Of a DNA stretch of 40,527 nucleotides, positions 1-9,971 are shown piece after piece. Where the stretch lies: the IMG/VR virus record IMGVR_UViG_3300037873_000016, positions 1 through 40,527 of that record; one strand, 5' to 3'. Numbering within the stretch: the stretch's first letter is position 1; each line of letters begins with the position of its first letter. The DNA is from a virus. Lineage: Duplodnaviria > Caudoviricetes. The notes beneath the pieces are model-generated. The model made no database searches. It was given only the letters and a program-made list of their open reading frames with translations, and was not told where the DNA came from. A program made the position numbers and the translations under genes.

Positions 1-127
1 CGGCGCCGCGCGGCGCCGCTACCGCTACTTCCTCCGCCTGTCTGCTCAAGTCGACACTCGACGCCCGCTCCGCTGGCATCACTAAGCAGTGATGCGTTCC
101 ACGTGCCGCTAACTACCTCGCCAGGGT
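1..127. repeat. Terminal direct repeat copy 1 (circular assembly overlap)
   Basis: Identical to 40401-40527. It lies in the middle of a CDS, and 127 is a common assembler k-mer size. Confidence 0.95.
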
Positions 128-446
128 TGAGCGCAGTCGTAGTACCGGTCGCGAGCACCGCAACCTGAGCGCCACTCTCCCACAGTGCGAGGCTCCACGT
201 CGTTGCATTGCCAGCGCTCGCAGTTTTGCGGATCCGAACGCGAAACGTCTGCAGTCCAGCTCCAGTGTTTGGCGTACCGGATGGCGTAGGGAACGAGACC
301 CGGCAATCCGTGTTATTTGAGGAAGCTGCATTATACGTCAGCCACGCACCATCTGGCGAAGCCGGATCTTCGTCTATATCCGTGACGGCGCCGTCAAGCA
401 GCGTCTGCACGAGTATCGCGTCAGGGGCTAACGTTTCACTCGACAT
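1..446 (-). CDS. 5' part of an origin-spanning, Gly/Ser/Thr-rich virion fibre-like protein (about 369 aa; continues 40400->39737)
   Basis: ATG at 446 overlaps the upstream stop (TGATG). It reads MSSETLAPDAILVQTLLDG...GSGAARR and stays open across the circular join. It is not in the supplied ORF track. Confidence 0.85.
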   Translation of the reverse strand, partial: MSSETLAPDAILVQTLLDGAVTDIDEDPASPDGAWLTYNAASSNNTDCRVSFPTPSGTPNTGAGLQTFRVRIRKTASAGNATTWSLALWESGAQVAVLATGTTTALNPGEVVSGTWNASLLSDASGAGVECRLEQTGGGSSGSGAARR

Positions 447-880
447 CAATCCTCAGTGCACACCAATGCGCCAATTGCAGCAGTCGGAGCAATGCCGGTA
501 GAAACGGCTAACCCGCCACCCGTTCGCGCTCCGGAGTACAGGATCTTAGTTGCGCCGGACGACGCTACGCCAATGCTCCAATGCGTAATCGTGTTGCTCC
601 CGCTCGTTGCCTCCGGCCATGCTACCTCGGCCGCATTGCTTGCTTGATTGTTGACGACCGCCCAACCGCCAGAAGTACGCGCTACAGCGACGCGAGCATA
701 GGCGCCGTAGGTAGCCTCACTAGCGTCTTGTGTGCCAGTCTCGCCAGGATCGGCCGTGTGCAAAGCAACATAGAGATTGGTGAGTGGTGACGTTGTATCG
801 TCCTCAGCCAGGTCCGCGATTGCTGTTCCGTTGAAGATTAGCTTCAGTAGGTCATTCTCAAATGTGTTGCCTTTACTCAT
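446..880 (-). CDS. Phage tail/fibre-associated structural protein
   Basis: The motif LYVALHTADPGETG...E..Y..YARVAV.R is typical of a widespread phage fibre-associated family. It is translationally coupled to its neighbours. Confidence 0.75.
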   Translation of the reverse strand: MSKGNTFENDLLKLIFNGTAIADLAEDDTTSPLTNLYVALHTADPGETGTQDASEATYGAYARVAVARTSGGWAVVNNQASNAAEVAWPEATSGSNTITHWSIGVASSGATKILYSGARTGGGLAVSTGIAPTAAIGALVCTED

Positions 881-3504
881 GGCTGATCCAGTCCTCCAGA
901 AGCCAGCTTCTGTGATTCGGTTTTGAGAGTTTCCGCCATAGTTCCTTGCGGTAGCGGCGGAGGCTCTGGTGGTGGCGTTTGCTCCTGCTGCTGATACCCA
1001 GCTTGCGCAGCGGCGATAGACGACGGCCGCAAGGATTTGTCTGTCGGCAGGTCGAGCAGCGTACCTAGCTGGATTCGGCGTTCGAATGCAGGAGGCTCTT
1101 TAAGCAAGGAGAGCTCGTCTGCTACCTTCAAGCGGATGTCGTTGTAGATGTCGGGATACACGGTTCGTAGCGCCTGCACATGGTCTCGCGTTAGCGTTCC
1201 AGCCTCGAGCTCGTCGAATACGCTCAACGGATCCTCGACGACCTGCACAGCGCGGGCGAATTTGGCGATTGAAACCGGGTCGACCTGTGGTTTTTCTAGA
1301 TGCGGGACCAGAGACTCCGTATCGATTAGTCCAGTCGGTGCAACCTGCTGAAGGTATGAAGTTCCGCGTGACATTGCTGCAGCCATGCCGACTGCTGCGT
1401 TAGGCGCGACCGAAGCGATGTTACCAAGCTTGCGTTCGATTGCCGCGGGGCCTTGCTGTGCGGTCTCTGTGATTTCCGCGAGCTTGCGACGGTACGCATC
1501 AGTGCGGGTCTCGCCTTTCTTGGCGCCTAGCAGCTTGTCGATTTTGCTCTTGCGCTCAAGCTGCGCCTCGGTGCCTTCAGCGAGTGTCTCTGCTCGCGTC
1601 GCACGCTCGACCGGCCGAAGAAACTTGCGCACGCCTTTGCTCAATTTGACGTCGGCTTTCGCTACTCGATCAGCAAGGACAGCGATAACGCCGGCAGCCT
1701 TCTCACGCACGAGCTTGTTTGCTGCGCCCAGAGCCGCGCCGGTGGCGAGCCCCGCAATCGAACCGCCACCGAGCACCAAACCGCCAGCTGCTGCGATAGT
1801 ATCGGTCAGACCGAATACTCGGTTCGTCTGCCCGCGCGCGAGATTGTCCGTCAGTTGTCGCTCTGCCCACCGCGAAGCGCCGTAGGTTTTTTTAGCGGCT
1901 TGGTAATCCTTGAGAAAGCCGCCTTCGAGCCCGGCCTTCTTGGCAGCCTCATCGGCCTGTGTCTCGATTGTGTCCTCGAGGATGCGACGGACATCTCGCA
2001 AGCGTTCCGCGGCCGGAGGCGCCTCGATGCGCGCCCAATTTATGTCGGCATCGAGGCGTGAGCGGAACTGGTGTAACTCCTCGAAGGTGAGCGGTTTTGC
2101 TCGCTGAGCAGCCGCTGCAGGAGCAGACGGCGTGGCGCCCGATTTCAGCGCGCTGTACTCGGACGACAGGCGCTTCATTGCCGCGGCATGCGAGCCCTCC
2201 GATTTCATGTACGGGCCCATTTTGCCAGTCGTAAATTCGCGCCAGGATGGCACTTTTCCGGTAGCCTCTGTTACCTCCGAGGTAACCTTGACCGCTTGTG
2301 TGCGTTCCTTGAGCAAACTCAGCGTCTCGTCCAGTTTATCTGCAATCCTGCGGTCGGCGACGCTAAGACTCTTGCGCAGGTCACCTGTCAGCTCGTCGAC
2401 GCGTGAGAACAGCTTGCTAGCGTCCACTCGTCCGCCGGCCTCGTCGACGCTACGGAGCGCCGCACCAATGCGCTTGCCGGCCTCCTGCTTGACTGTTGTT
2501 GCACGTGAAAGCATTTCCTCTGTCGAGCGACCGGCGGCCACGATGTCATTGTCCAGCAGTTCGCGGCCCGTCTGATTCATGCGCTTGGTAGAGACCAATT
2601 CGCGCGAAGCTTTTTTGCTTGGATCGATCGCTTTGACCGCGGAAAATTCGGACAGCTCACCGGTTGCCCTGCGGAAGCCCTCTGCTCCGCCAACACGACG
2701 CGCCACAGAGCTCGCGAGCCCTCCGCCTACTCCGAGGCCGAGGCCGAGTGTCCCGCCTGCCAGAGCGCCGAATTTGGCGCCCTCCTTGGCGCCGGCGAGC
2801 AAGCGTTCGCCGAGCCTGTCGTAGTTGCCGTCGGGAGCGAGCGCGGCCTCTGACAGCTCCTGTCCGGCTCCGTAGACAGCGCCTTCGACCGCGCCTCCCA
2901 CGCCGAGCCGCGTTGCCTGCTGTACGCCGCGGCCTAAGACGCTTTCGCCAGTGACACCGAGCCTCGCCAACCCGCGCGTTGCAAGGCCTCCTGCGGCCTC
3001 TCCGGCGGCTGCAGCGGCCCGAATCGGAGAACCAACCGCAGCAACGCCACGAGCAGCTAGAGAGGTGCCTCCGGAGGCCAGGAGAGGGGCTACCGTGCCG
3101 ACCACCTCGCCTGTCGTGGCCGCCAGCGGATTAGCCTGCTCGCGTGCTGCTCGCTCTTGGCGGTACTGCTCTCCGCCGATCTCGCCAGCGACGACATCAT
3201 AGCCGCCGAGTGTGGCCGCTCCGAGGCCTGACTCCACTCCGGTCAGCAGCTGAGACCCGAGGCCGCCATGCTCCTCCTGGAGCTGGCGCGCCTGCGCCTC
3301 CTCTGGGCTCTCGATTCGCCAGACGTCAGGCATGATTCCGCCGAGGTCGTCCAAATTCATCTGTTGGACGTTCCCCGCCCTGTCGCGTGCTGACAGCGTC
3401 GTCCCTTCAGGCAATCCAAGCTGGCCGCTCTGGTATGCCGCTAGTGCCTGATCCTCAGGCACCTGCACGGCTTGCCCGTCGGGCGTGTACATCGTGACGG
3501 GCAT
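877..3504 (-). CDS. Large internal virion/ejection protein (putative)
   Basis: 875 aa with Gly/Ala-zipper hydrophobic segments. It is the last of three large genes after the tail nozzle, the podovirus ejectosome position. Confidence 0.6.
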   Translation of the reverse strand: MPVTMYTPDGQAVQVPEDQALAAYQSGQLGLPEGTTLSARDRAGNVQQMNLDDLGGIMPDVWRIESPEEAQARQLQEEHGGLGSQLLTGVESGLGAATLGGYDVVAGEIGGEQYRQERAAREQANPLAATTGEVVGTVAPLLASGGTSLAARGVAAVGSPIRAAAAAGEAAGGLATRGLARLGVTGESVLGRGVQQATRLGVGGAVEGAVYGAGQELSEAALAPDGNYDRLGERLLAGAKEGAKFGALAGGTLGLGLGVGGGLASSVARRVGGAEGFRRATGELSEFSAVKAIDPSKKASRELVSTKRMNQTGRELLDNDIVAAGRSTEEMLSRATTVKQEAGKRIGAALRSVDEAGGRVDASKLFSRVDELTGDLRKSLSVADRRIADKLDETLSLLKERTQAVKVTSEVTEATGKVPSWREFTTGKMGPYMKSEGSHAAAMKRLSSEYSALKSGATPSAPAAAAQRAKPLTFEELHQFRSRLDADINWARIEAPPAAERLRDVRRILEDTIETQADEAAKKAGLEGGFLKDYQAAKKTYGASRWAERQLTDNLARGQTNRVFGLTDTIAAAGGLVLGGGSIAGLATGAALGAANKLVREKAAGVIAVLADRVAKADVKLSKGVRKFLRPVERATRAETLAEGTEAQLERKSKIDKLLGAKKGETRTDAYRRKLAEITETAQQGPAAIERKLGNIASVAPNAAVGMAAAMSRGTSYLQQVAPTGLIDTESLVPHLEKPQVDPVSIAKFARAVQVVEDPLSVFDELEAGTLTRDHVQALRTVYPDIYNDIRLKVADELSLLKEPPAFERRIQLGTLLDLPTDKSLRPSSIAAAQAGYQQQEQTPPPEPPPLPQGTMAETLKTESQKLASGGLDQP

Positions 3505-5234
3505 TACTGCGGCGCCTCCTGACGCGGCTCAGGACCGACATTCTCCGGCGGCTGAGCAGTGACCTTGCTTTTGATCTGAGACTCATATTTTCGAATGAAC
3601 CTTTCGCGCTCGACTTTCAGACGCTCCTTCTGGCCGCCGGAAATATCAATGCTTGTCAGGCTCGGTAACCGTTTCCTGGCACCTTCACGATCTGAGTCTG
3701 TAACTACGCCGCCTGATGCTTTTGCAACTCCCTCCACAATCGCCGCCTGTAGGCCATCAGCACCGTGATAGGTCTTCCCTCCGAGCCCGAATGCCCCAAC
3801 CTTAGCCCACGGGTTGTCTATGTATTGCTCAGCGACGTCAAATCCGCGCATCGTCTCTTCATAATTGGCCTGTAGTTCGCGCATCGACTGCGCATCCTGA
3901 TGCGTGCGCGCGTAACCTAAGCCAGGAATATAGAGCTTGTGTGACGGATCAACGGCTTGCTGTGGCGCCAATGCCTTGCCGAGCGCTTTGCTCGTATTGA
4001 CGAGGTCGAGCGTATATTTTAGCTGCTTCAGCGGGTCGCCACCGGTTGTCTGGTAGCGCACCGGATCAAACTTCTGCGCTTCGGAGATAGCGATCTGATC
4101 CTGTTGCGCAAGCTCACGCTTTGCTGAAGTCTCGATTACCTCCCTCTGCACCTGCGCGCGTAAACCTTCGAGCGCCGCTTGTCGCTCTGGAGTCCTCGCG
4201 CTGTCGGCGAATTGCGCCAGTTGCTGGTCAGCCTGTCTGTAGGCTTCCTCGAGCGCAGAGAGCTCGGCGAGGCGGTCATCACCGAAGCGTTCTTTCGCCA
4301 TTTGATACAGCGTTCGCTCCTGCTCAGCGCGGCGTCCTAGCAGCTCTGCATTCTCGCGCTGCGCCATGATGTCGTTGTCAATCTCGCTCTTGACCATCTC
4401 CCAAACCTGATTTGGCTGACCGGAGATTGCGCTACCTAGAGCACCGAGCGCTACCGCGATTCGGTTCGAAAAACTGTCGCTCCATTTCGGAGGAGTAATT
4501 TTGGATTGGAGCGCCGCCTCGTCGGAAAAGTCTCTGTAGCGCTGCTCGTAACGCTGCATCTCCGCAGCACGATCCCTGTCACGTTTTGCTTGCTCGTCAG
4601 CGAGCCCCGCCTTGTATCCCTCGACCATATTTTGCCGCAGAGCGACTTCTTTGCCCGCTTCGAGTCCCGCCTCCGCGGCTTTGATCGAGGCCTGACCTTC
4701 GGCAATCTCCGCCTCCTGCAACGCGGCTTCGGTTTCCTCGCTGAGCTTCGGGGCGAATTGAGTTTGAATATTGCGCTGCGCCGGCTGGAATTTGTTGGTG
4801 CCGACTTTGACGGTCCGCTGTGCAGGCATCGGCGGAAGCTGGAATCCGCCCTGTTGTTGCTGCATGCCAGGTTGCCCAGCGAACCGAATAGCACCCGGTG
4901 CGCCGGCGCTAGGAGGTGCTTGCTGGGGCGCTGCAGGCGGAGGCTCTACTGGAGTCATTCTCCGCTGCAGGTCTGTCATGGGCTGAGCAGCGTGAGCCGC
5001 AGGCGGAGGAGGAGGCGGGGGAGGGGGCGGTCCGGAATTGGCGACGTCGACTAACTCCTGTGGAGACATCGGCGCCGCGGCGGTTGCCCCGACGTCTCCG
5101 AGAGATGGCACCGGAGGTAACTCTTGCGGAGGCTGTGCATACAGCTCATCGATCATCGCCTTGCGCTGCTCGGGTGGCAGACTCAAATCATTTGCGATCT
5201 GAAACGCCTGCTGGTCTAGCGGATCGTATGCCAT
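3504..5234 (-). CDS. Internal virion/ejection protein (putative), Pro-rich N-terminus and coiled coil
   Basis: 576 aa with a poly-Pro tract, long helical Q/E/A/R-rich region and a short hydrophobic segment (IAVALGALGSAISG). Called by gene order. Confidence 0.55.
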   Translation of the reverse strand: MAYDPLDQQAFQIANDLSLPPEQRKAMIDELYAQPPQELPPVPSLGDVGATAAAPMSPQELVDVANSGPPPPPPPPPPAAHAAQPMTDLQRRMTPVEPPPAAPQQAPPSAGAPGAIRFAGQPGMQQQQGGFQLPPMPAQRTVKVGTNKFQPAQRNIQTQFAPKLSEETEAALQEAEIAEGQASIKAAEAGLEAGKEVALRQNMVEGYKAGLADEQAKRDRDRAAEMQRYEQRYRDFSDEAALQSKITPPKWSDSFSNRIAVALGALGSAISGQPNQVWEMVKSEIDNDIMAQRENAELLGRRAEQERTLYQMAKERFGDDRLAELSALEEAYRQADQQLAQFADSARTPERQAALEGLRAQVQREVIETSAKRELAQQDQIAISEAQKFDPVRYQTTGGDPLKQLKYTLDLVNTSKALGKALAPQQAVDPSHKLYIPGLGYARTHQDAQSMRELQANYEETMRGFDVAEQYIDNPWAKVGAFGLGGKTYHGADGLQAAIVEGVAKASGGVVTDSDREGARKRLPSLTSIDISGGQKERLKVERERFIRKYESQIKSKVTAQPPENVGPEPRQEAPQ

Positions 5235-6598
5235 TATCGCCGCACCTCAGCGCGCTTTTTCAGTGTCTTGCTTTTGTCGCTCTTAAGATACGATTCCAAT
5301 TCGCGCAGCCGCTTGTCGAAGCCGGCAGACTGCGCGAGTGTCTCACTGAGCGCGCGATCGCGGTCTACAGCTTTACCAGCCGGCGTCTCTACTACTGCAT
5401 CTGCATACGCGGGCGACTGCTCGAGATCCTGAGCGATGATACCATTGCGCGGCGTGCGCTTGTCGGCGAACACCATAGCCTGCTCTCCCGGAGTCGCTCC
5501 TTGCTCCATTGCCATCCGTGCGGAGTCTTCGGGCTTGTATCGGTAGCGCACGGGCTCTACGGCTTCGAACGCTCGGCGATTAGCCTCGGCCTCATCGAGC
5601 GCTCCAGTGTCAGGTTGCTCGGGTGTCGGGTAGAGCTCCTTGCTCACGAGATCACTCTGCAACGAGCCACCAAACGACTGCATCAAGCCACTCAGGTCAG
5701 CGCCACCTGATTGTGCCGGTCGCGGCTCAGACTCAGGTGGACGTCTAGTCTCCATTGCGCGTGTCAGGGCTGCGGCGTCTATCTGCTGCGGTGCCGGTTG
5801 CGGCTGCTGCGGCTGAGCCAACGCTGCTCGTAGCTGCTGACCAAAACTCGTCGAGGCCGGAGCCAGCTGCTCCTTGGTTGCGAAGTCCGAGTACATCGGC
5901 TGGATATCCTCTTTCGCTCGACGGTCACTCGCAAAGAGAGCCCCAACTGACGAGATAAGTCCACCTGTGCCTTTCTGGTAGCGTTCGATGTTGCCCTCAG
6001 CGATGCCTGCATTGATTTTTTCGCGCTCCATGTCGGCCTGCAGCTGAGCACGAGCCTCATCGATAGACATGCCGCGAGCCTGCAAGTCGGCGAGCCTCTG
6101 ATTTTGCGTATCTTGAGCGTATGTTTGACCAGCGGTCTGCATTTCCTGAGCGCGGAGCATGCCCGCGTCACGGATTACGTTAGACGTGCCCTGTGCAGCC
6201 TGCTGCGACGCTAGCCGCTGCGTCAGCCCAACGTTACCACCGCGCCCACTCGCTGCTGTGCTACGGGCAGCCATTGTTGCGGCGCCGAGGCCCGCTCCCA
6301 TTTGTTGCTCGGCTACGCTAGGCCCCTGACCGAGAGCGCGCTTGCGAAGCTCGTCGCTCCACATGCCCTGTTGACCGCGCATCTGCAGCTGACGCTGCTG
6401 ATCGCCCTGGTCAGTAGCGAGCGTCTGTCGCTGCGCTCGATGGCCCGTCTGGCCCATAATGGTATCCCAGGCACCTCCGGCCCACTCGCCTGCGCCTTGA
6501 CCCCATTGATTCATATTGCGGGTGTCTTGCGCCGTGAACGGGCCACTCCGGCGCGGAGCAGCATAGGTGCGATTACTTGGGATTGGTCGAGTAGCCAT
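5234..6598 (-). CDS. Virion protein with C-terminal Peptidase_S74-like intramolecular chaperone/autoprocessing domain
   Basis: SDRRAKEDI motif, followed later by PVRYRYK, GIIAQDLE and a terminal coiled coil (DKRLRELE). The N-terminus is Q/A/G-rich. Confidence 0.7.
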   Translation of the reverse strand: MATRPIPSNRTYAAPRRSGPFTAQDTRNMNQWGQGAGEWAGGAWDTIMGQTGHRAQRQTLATDQGDQQRQLQMRGQQGMWSDELRKRALGQGPSVAEQQMGAGLGAATMAARSTAASGRGGNVGLTQRLASQQAAQGTSNVIRDAGMLRAQEMQTAGQTYAQDTQNQRLADLQARGMSIDEARAQLQADMEREKINAGIAEGNIERYQKGTGGLISSVGALFASDRRAKEDIQPMYSDFATKEQLAPASTSFGQQLRAALAQPQQPQPAPQQIDAAALTRAMETRRPPESEPRPAQSGGADLSGLMQSFGGSLQSDLVSKELYPTPEQPDTGALDEAEANRRAFEAVEPVRYRYKPEDSARMAMEQGATPGEQAMVFADKRTPRNGIIAQDLEQSPAYADAVVETPAGKAVDRDRALSETLAQSAGFDKRLRELESYLKSDKSKTLKKRAEVRR

Positions 6599-9500
6599 TA
6601 TCTGCTGTCCGCCTTCGGGGCGCGTTGAACGCCACCCCTAAATCCGACCTCGAATGAGCACCCAATGAAGGCCAAGCCCTCGTCAGGCGCAGCTGGCTCA
6701 GTCTCCTTGAGGCGCAACTGCCAGCGGTGACCCTTTTGATGATCCACATGAGCTCGTACGCCATTTTCTGACAGCGCAGCGATAGCGGCTTCGGTCCAGG
6801 TAAATGTCGAGCTCTGATTCGCGGTGCCGAATGCGTGCCCGTTGCGCACTAACTCGACGGTCAATCCACCTGTACCACGTTTTTCAAGCATAGGACGGAG
6901 CCGACGCAAACGCTTAAGGGTCTGCCAGTCAGAAAACGCAATATGACCAGTCGTCAGCGTTATGCCGTACCATCCGTTTGCATCCGTATAAGCCGATCCA
7001 CCGGGCTCGTATGCTACGACACCATCTGATGCGACGTAATGCCAGAGACCAATACTGTACGCGGCATCCGCTCCAACACGAGCAGTATTGTATTTCCAGA
7101 TCGCCCACCGCTTCGACTCGAAATCGAACACCATTACACGCCACGCGGTGCCCGCAGTGTTCTGCATGAGCCATCGGATCTCTCCACGATGCTGCACATA
7201 GGTCGCTGAGCGTACGACCGGAAACGCCGCGAAGGTGTCCTGCACCGGGTCGCCAATGTACTGAGACGCTCTGGAGCGATCGAGCAAATAGATCCCTTGC
7301 CGCCCAACATAGAAGACACCCAACGGGGTGGATACGGTACCGCGAGGTTGATCGCATCCACCATCTGAGTGGATCAGGATTGGAACCGTGAAGCTGCCGC
7401 TCTGTGGATCGCCCGTACTATTCGGCCCTTCGCCTAGAATTGCGTAGATGCGATCCTTGGAGAATGCTATCAGCGCATCATCAAGGCTTGCGAGCGCGTT
7501 AACCTCCTCGCCAGGAATGCGCACTTGCTGGGCCAAGTTAAACTCCGCGGGACGCCCCTCTGTCTCCTCCTGCGAGTACCAGATAATATCCGGCTCCTCA
7601 CCACCCGCTACCCAAAGCCGGGCTTTGTGCCGCACGAGAGCGCGCCCGCCACCGTAGACTGCGTCTTGCTCGAGCACGCCACCTGCGGTGTACAGAGTCG
7701 GATTGCTGGCGATGAAATCCGCACCGTTGTCGTTGATTGTCTGAAATGACAGCCGCTGCGGATCGTTGTCACGCCCAGCTACTGTGAGCACGATCGAACG
7801 CTCACGATGGAATACTCCAGTCTCGCTAGCTGGTGCTCCAGCCACGGTAACGTTGGCTCGATAGAGCGCTAGCTGTACGCGCCGCTGCGTAGCAGTCTGC
7901 CGCTGACGTAGGGTGAGTGACAGGTGCCAAACCGTTACATCAATCGTTCCTTGCCCGGCGCCGTTATCTGGAACCTGAGCAGTCACCGCTTCGCTAGGCT
8001 CGCTTTGGTGATAATTTCCCCAGCGGTCGAACCACTCATACACCAACACGTATTGATAAAAATCCCCAGCGACGAGCCCGGTACCGGCGCCATTGGCAGT
8101 GGCTAGCCGCGGCGTCTGGAGAAAACCAGCCTCGTGTGCGTTATCGCCATCTGTGTACTGCACGAGCCCGCTAGCCCAGTAAGCTAAGTCGCCAGTCTCG
8201 GCTGCCTGGTAGCGTGCCGAATCATCAAAGTCGAAGGTCAGGTGGTCGCCGGCTCCGTGCGTATCAGCACCGGCCGCCTGCAGATAGACTCCAGTGTGTC
8301 GCTTGGATGACTGCGCAGATACCCACGAGGGCATGTAACGCGGCCCGGAGCCGAGCCCAGACGTGGCCTCCTGCGACTTGCCGAAAGTGGCAACCGGACG
8401 CGCCGAAGCGTCTGAGTCATTGAGCTCAATTACCGCAAAGACATTGTCGGTCGAGACGACGCAGAATTGTCGGTCGTGGATCGTCCAGGGCTTGGACTCT
8501 GGTCTCAAACGTGCTGTGCTGCGCGTTGTCCCTTGCGTGCCTGAACTCGTAATCCATCGCCACCACATAATCTGTGGAGTGGTCGCGGTCGCATTTTCGT
8601 GGCCGTAAACCATGTAGCTCGACTCAGTGAGCTTGGTGATTCCGGTGCCAGCCTCGAGCGCGCCCAGAGGAATGTGTGACGTTGCCGCCAGGATCTGGGC
8701 CGCCGTGCTCGTGTTATAGACCTCGACGCGTACTGCGCCGCTGTCTACGTACGCTATGACTCCTGCAGGCGTGCCGCTTGGTGCCGCATCGAGTACCGAG
8801 ATACGCGAGTGCGTACCGATAGGCGCTTGCGCAGCGCGCCAGGTAGACCCGAGCGCTGGTAGAGCCCCGGCAGTCGTCACTTTTACGCCTACGCGCTGCC
8901 CGGCTATATCGATGTACGCCAGCAAAAATTCTGCAGCGGATCCATTGGGCGAGATATCGTAGCAACCGGCCGCGTCCAGGATGTCCGTAAGGATCGTTAC
9001 CTCGCTGCTAATCACTGGCACTGTGGTGCAGTCAACAATGCGCGCCCTTAGCTGTGTCGTGCCGCTCGTCGGGAAATAGCAGATGAGCACGTATCGACCG
9101 TTGCCCATCACAGCAACGCGCAGATGAGTGACACCTGTCGCGCTGCTCAGATTTTGATCGAAAAGATATGTCCTCCCGGAATCATCTGTGATGCGGCAAT
9201 AAATGCCACCGGACGCCTTCCACGCGTAAACGAAGTAACCGTTCGCATAGGCGGCTTCTGGGTTGAAAACGTTATCTTGGATGGACCGCTCGATCGCTCG
9301 TCGCCGTACCGTGCACTCGGACATCTGCTGAGTGACTTCAAGCAGAGTCGTGGCATTCGGCCGGAGTATCCTGCCAGAGGCCTGACCGGTCGCGATTAGC
9401 AGCGAGTCCTTCCATTTTATAAATCGCTCGACATCAGGGGAGCCAGCGATTGCGGTATTGAGCTCCGACGTTCCTGGACGCTTACGAATTTTTCCAGGCT

Positions 9501-9618
9501 CCTCAAAGCTGCCGTTTTCGATCACAGTAAATCCGTCTTCTAGCAGCGCTGGTTCGGACGCCTCGTCAAGCGGACCCACAAATGGCTTGTGTACGACCTG
9601 GTACTGTACCGGCGACAT
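6598..9618 (-). CDS. Tail nozzle/tubular protein (beta-propeller-like; putative)
   Basis: About 1006 aa, beta-rich, with N-terminal G.IRKRPG and later RLWVAG...IIWYSQ motifs. Start set at the TGATG overlap (9618). It follows the adaptor gene. Confidence 0.7.
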   Translation of the reverse strand: MSPVQYQVVHKPFVGPLDEASEPALLEDGFTVIENGSFEEPGKIRKRPGTSELNTAIAGSPDVERFIKWKDSLLIATGQASGRILRPNATTLLEVTQQMSECTVRRRAIERSIQDNVFNPEAAYANGYFVYAWKASGGIYCRITDDSGRTYLFDQNLSSATGVTHLRVAVMGNGRYVLICYFPTSGTTQLRARIVDCTTVPVISSEVTILTDILDAAGCYDISPNGSAAEFLLAYIDIAGQRVGVKVTTAGALPALGSTWRAAQAPIGTHSRISVLDAAPSGTPAGVIAYVDSGAVRVEVYNTSTAAQILAATSHIPLGALEAGTGITKLTESSYMVYGHENATATTPQIMWWRWITSSGTQGTTRSTARLRPESKPWTIHDRQFCVVSTDNVFAVIELNDSDASARPVATFGKSQEATSGLGSGPRYMPSWVSAQSSKRHTGVYLQAAGADTHGAGDHLTFDFDDSARYQAAETGDLAYWASGLVQYTDGDNAHEAGFLQTPRLATANGAGTGLVAGDFYQYVLVYEWFDRWGNYHQSEPSEAVTAQVPDNGAGQGTIDVTVWHLSLTLRQRQTATQRRVQLALYRANVTVAGAPASETGVFHRERSIVLTVAGRDNDPQRLSFQTINDNGADFIASNPTLYTAGGVLEQDAVYGGGRALVRHKARLWVAGGEEPDIIWYSQEETEGRPAEFNLAQQVRIPGEEVNALASLDDALIAFSKDRIYAILGEGPNSTGDPQSGSFTVPILIHSDGGCDQPRGTVSTPLGVFYVGRQGIYLLDRSRASQYIGDPVQDTFAAFPVVRSATYVQHRGEIRWLMQNTAGTAWRVMVFDFESKRWAIWKYNTARVGADAAYSIGLWHYVASDGVVAYEPGGSAYTDANGWYGITLTTGHIAFSDWQTLKRLRRLRPMLEKRGTGGLTVELVRNGHAFGTANQSSTFTWTEAAIAALSENGVRAHVDHQKGHRWQLRLKETEPAAPDEGLAFIGCSFEVGFRGGVQRAPKADSR

Positions 9619-9971
9619 CACCACACCACTAGGTCGGCTATGAAGGTTGCTCCCGCACGCAGCTGCACGTGCGTTGCGATTCGCGCCGCGCTCCAGTCAG
9701 CGTGGCCTGAGTCGATCTCGAACAGATTAGCATTGACTGTGCGTACTCGAGCGAGCAACCAGCCCTTATGAGCTCTACCAAGTCGATGCTGTACGTAGGC
9801 CGTTACACCGCTAGAGAATGAGACGTCTCGAACCAACTGTGAACCGCGGAGCCACTCCGGCAATAACTTGCGGACTGAGCGCTCTATCGCATCGAGCAGA
9901 CGCGTATCCTCTACGCTCTGCCCGGAGCTAGGCCTCTCTACCTGCAGACTACGGATCCGTTCACCAGCCAT
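9618..9971 (-). CDS. Small tail-associated protein
   Basis: V.H.LGR...GW motif, common in small phage tail genes. It is coupled to the nozzle gene. Confidence 0.55.
   Translation of the reverse strand: MAGERIRSLQVERPSSGQSVEDTRLLDAIERSVRKLLPEWLRGSQLVRDVSFSSGVTAYVQHRLGRAHKGWLLARVRTVNANLFEIDSGHADWSAARIATHVQLRAGATFIADLVVW

Noticed and set aside
1-127. 127-bp terminal repeat as a biological DTR or att site
   Set aside because: It falls mid-gene, is perfectly identical and equals a common assembler k-mer length, so it is best explained as a circular contig overlap.
5001-5030. G-rich tract as a second repeat array
   Set aside because: It has period 3 and encodes the poly-Pro stretch of the 3504-5234 protein.
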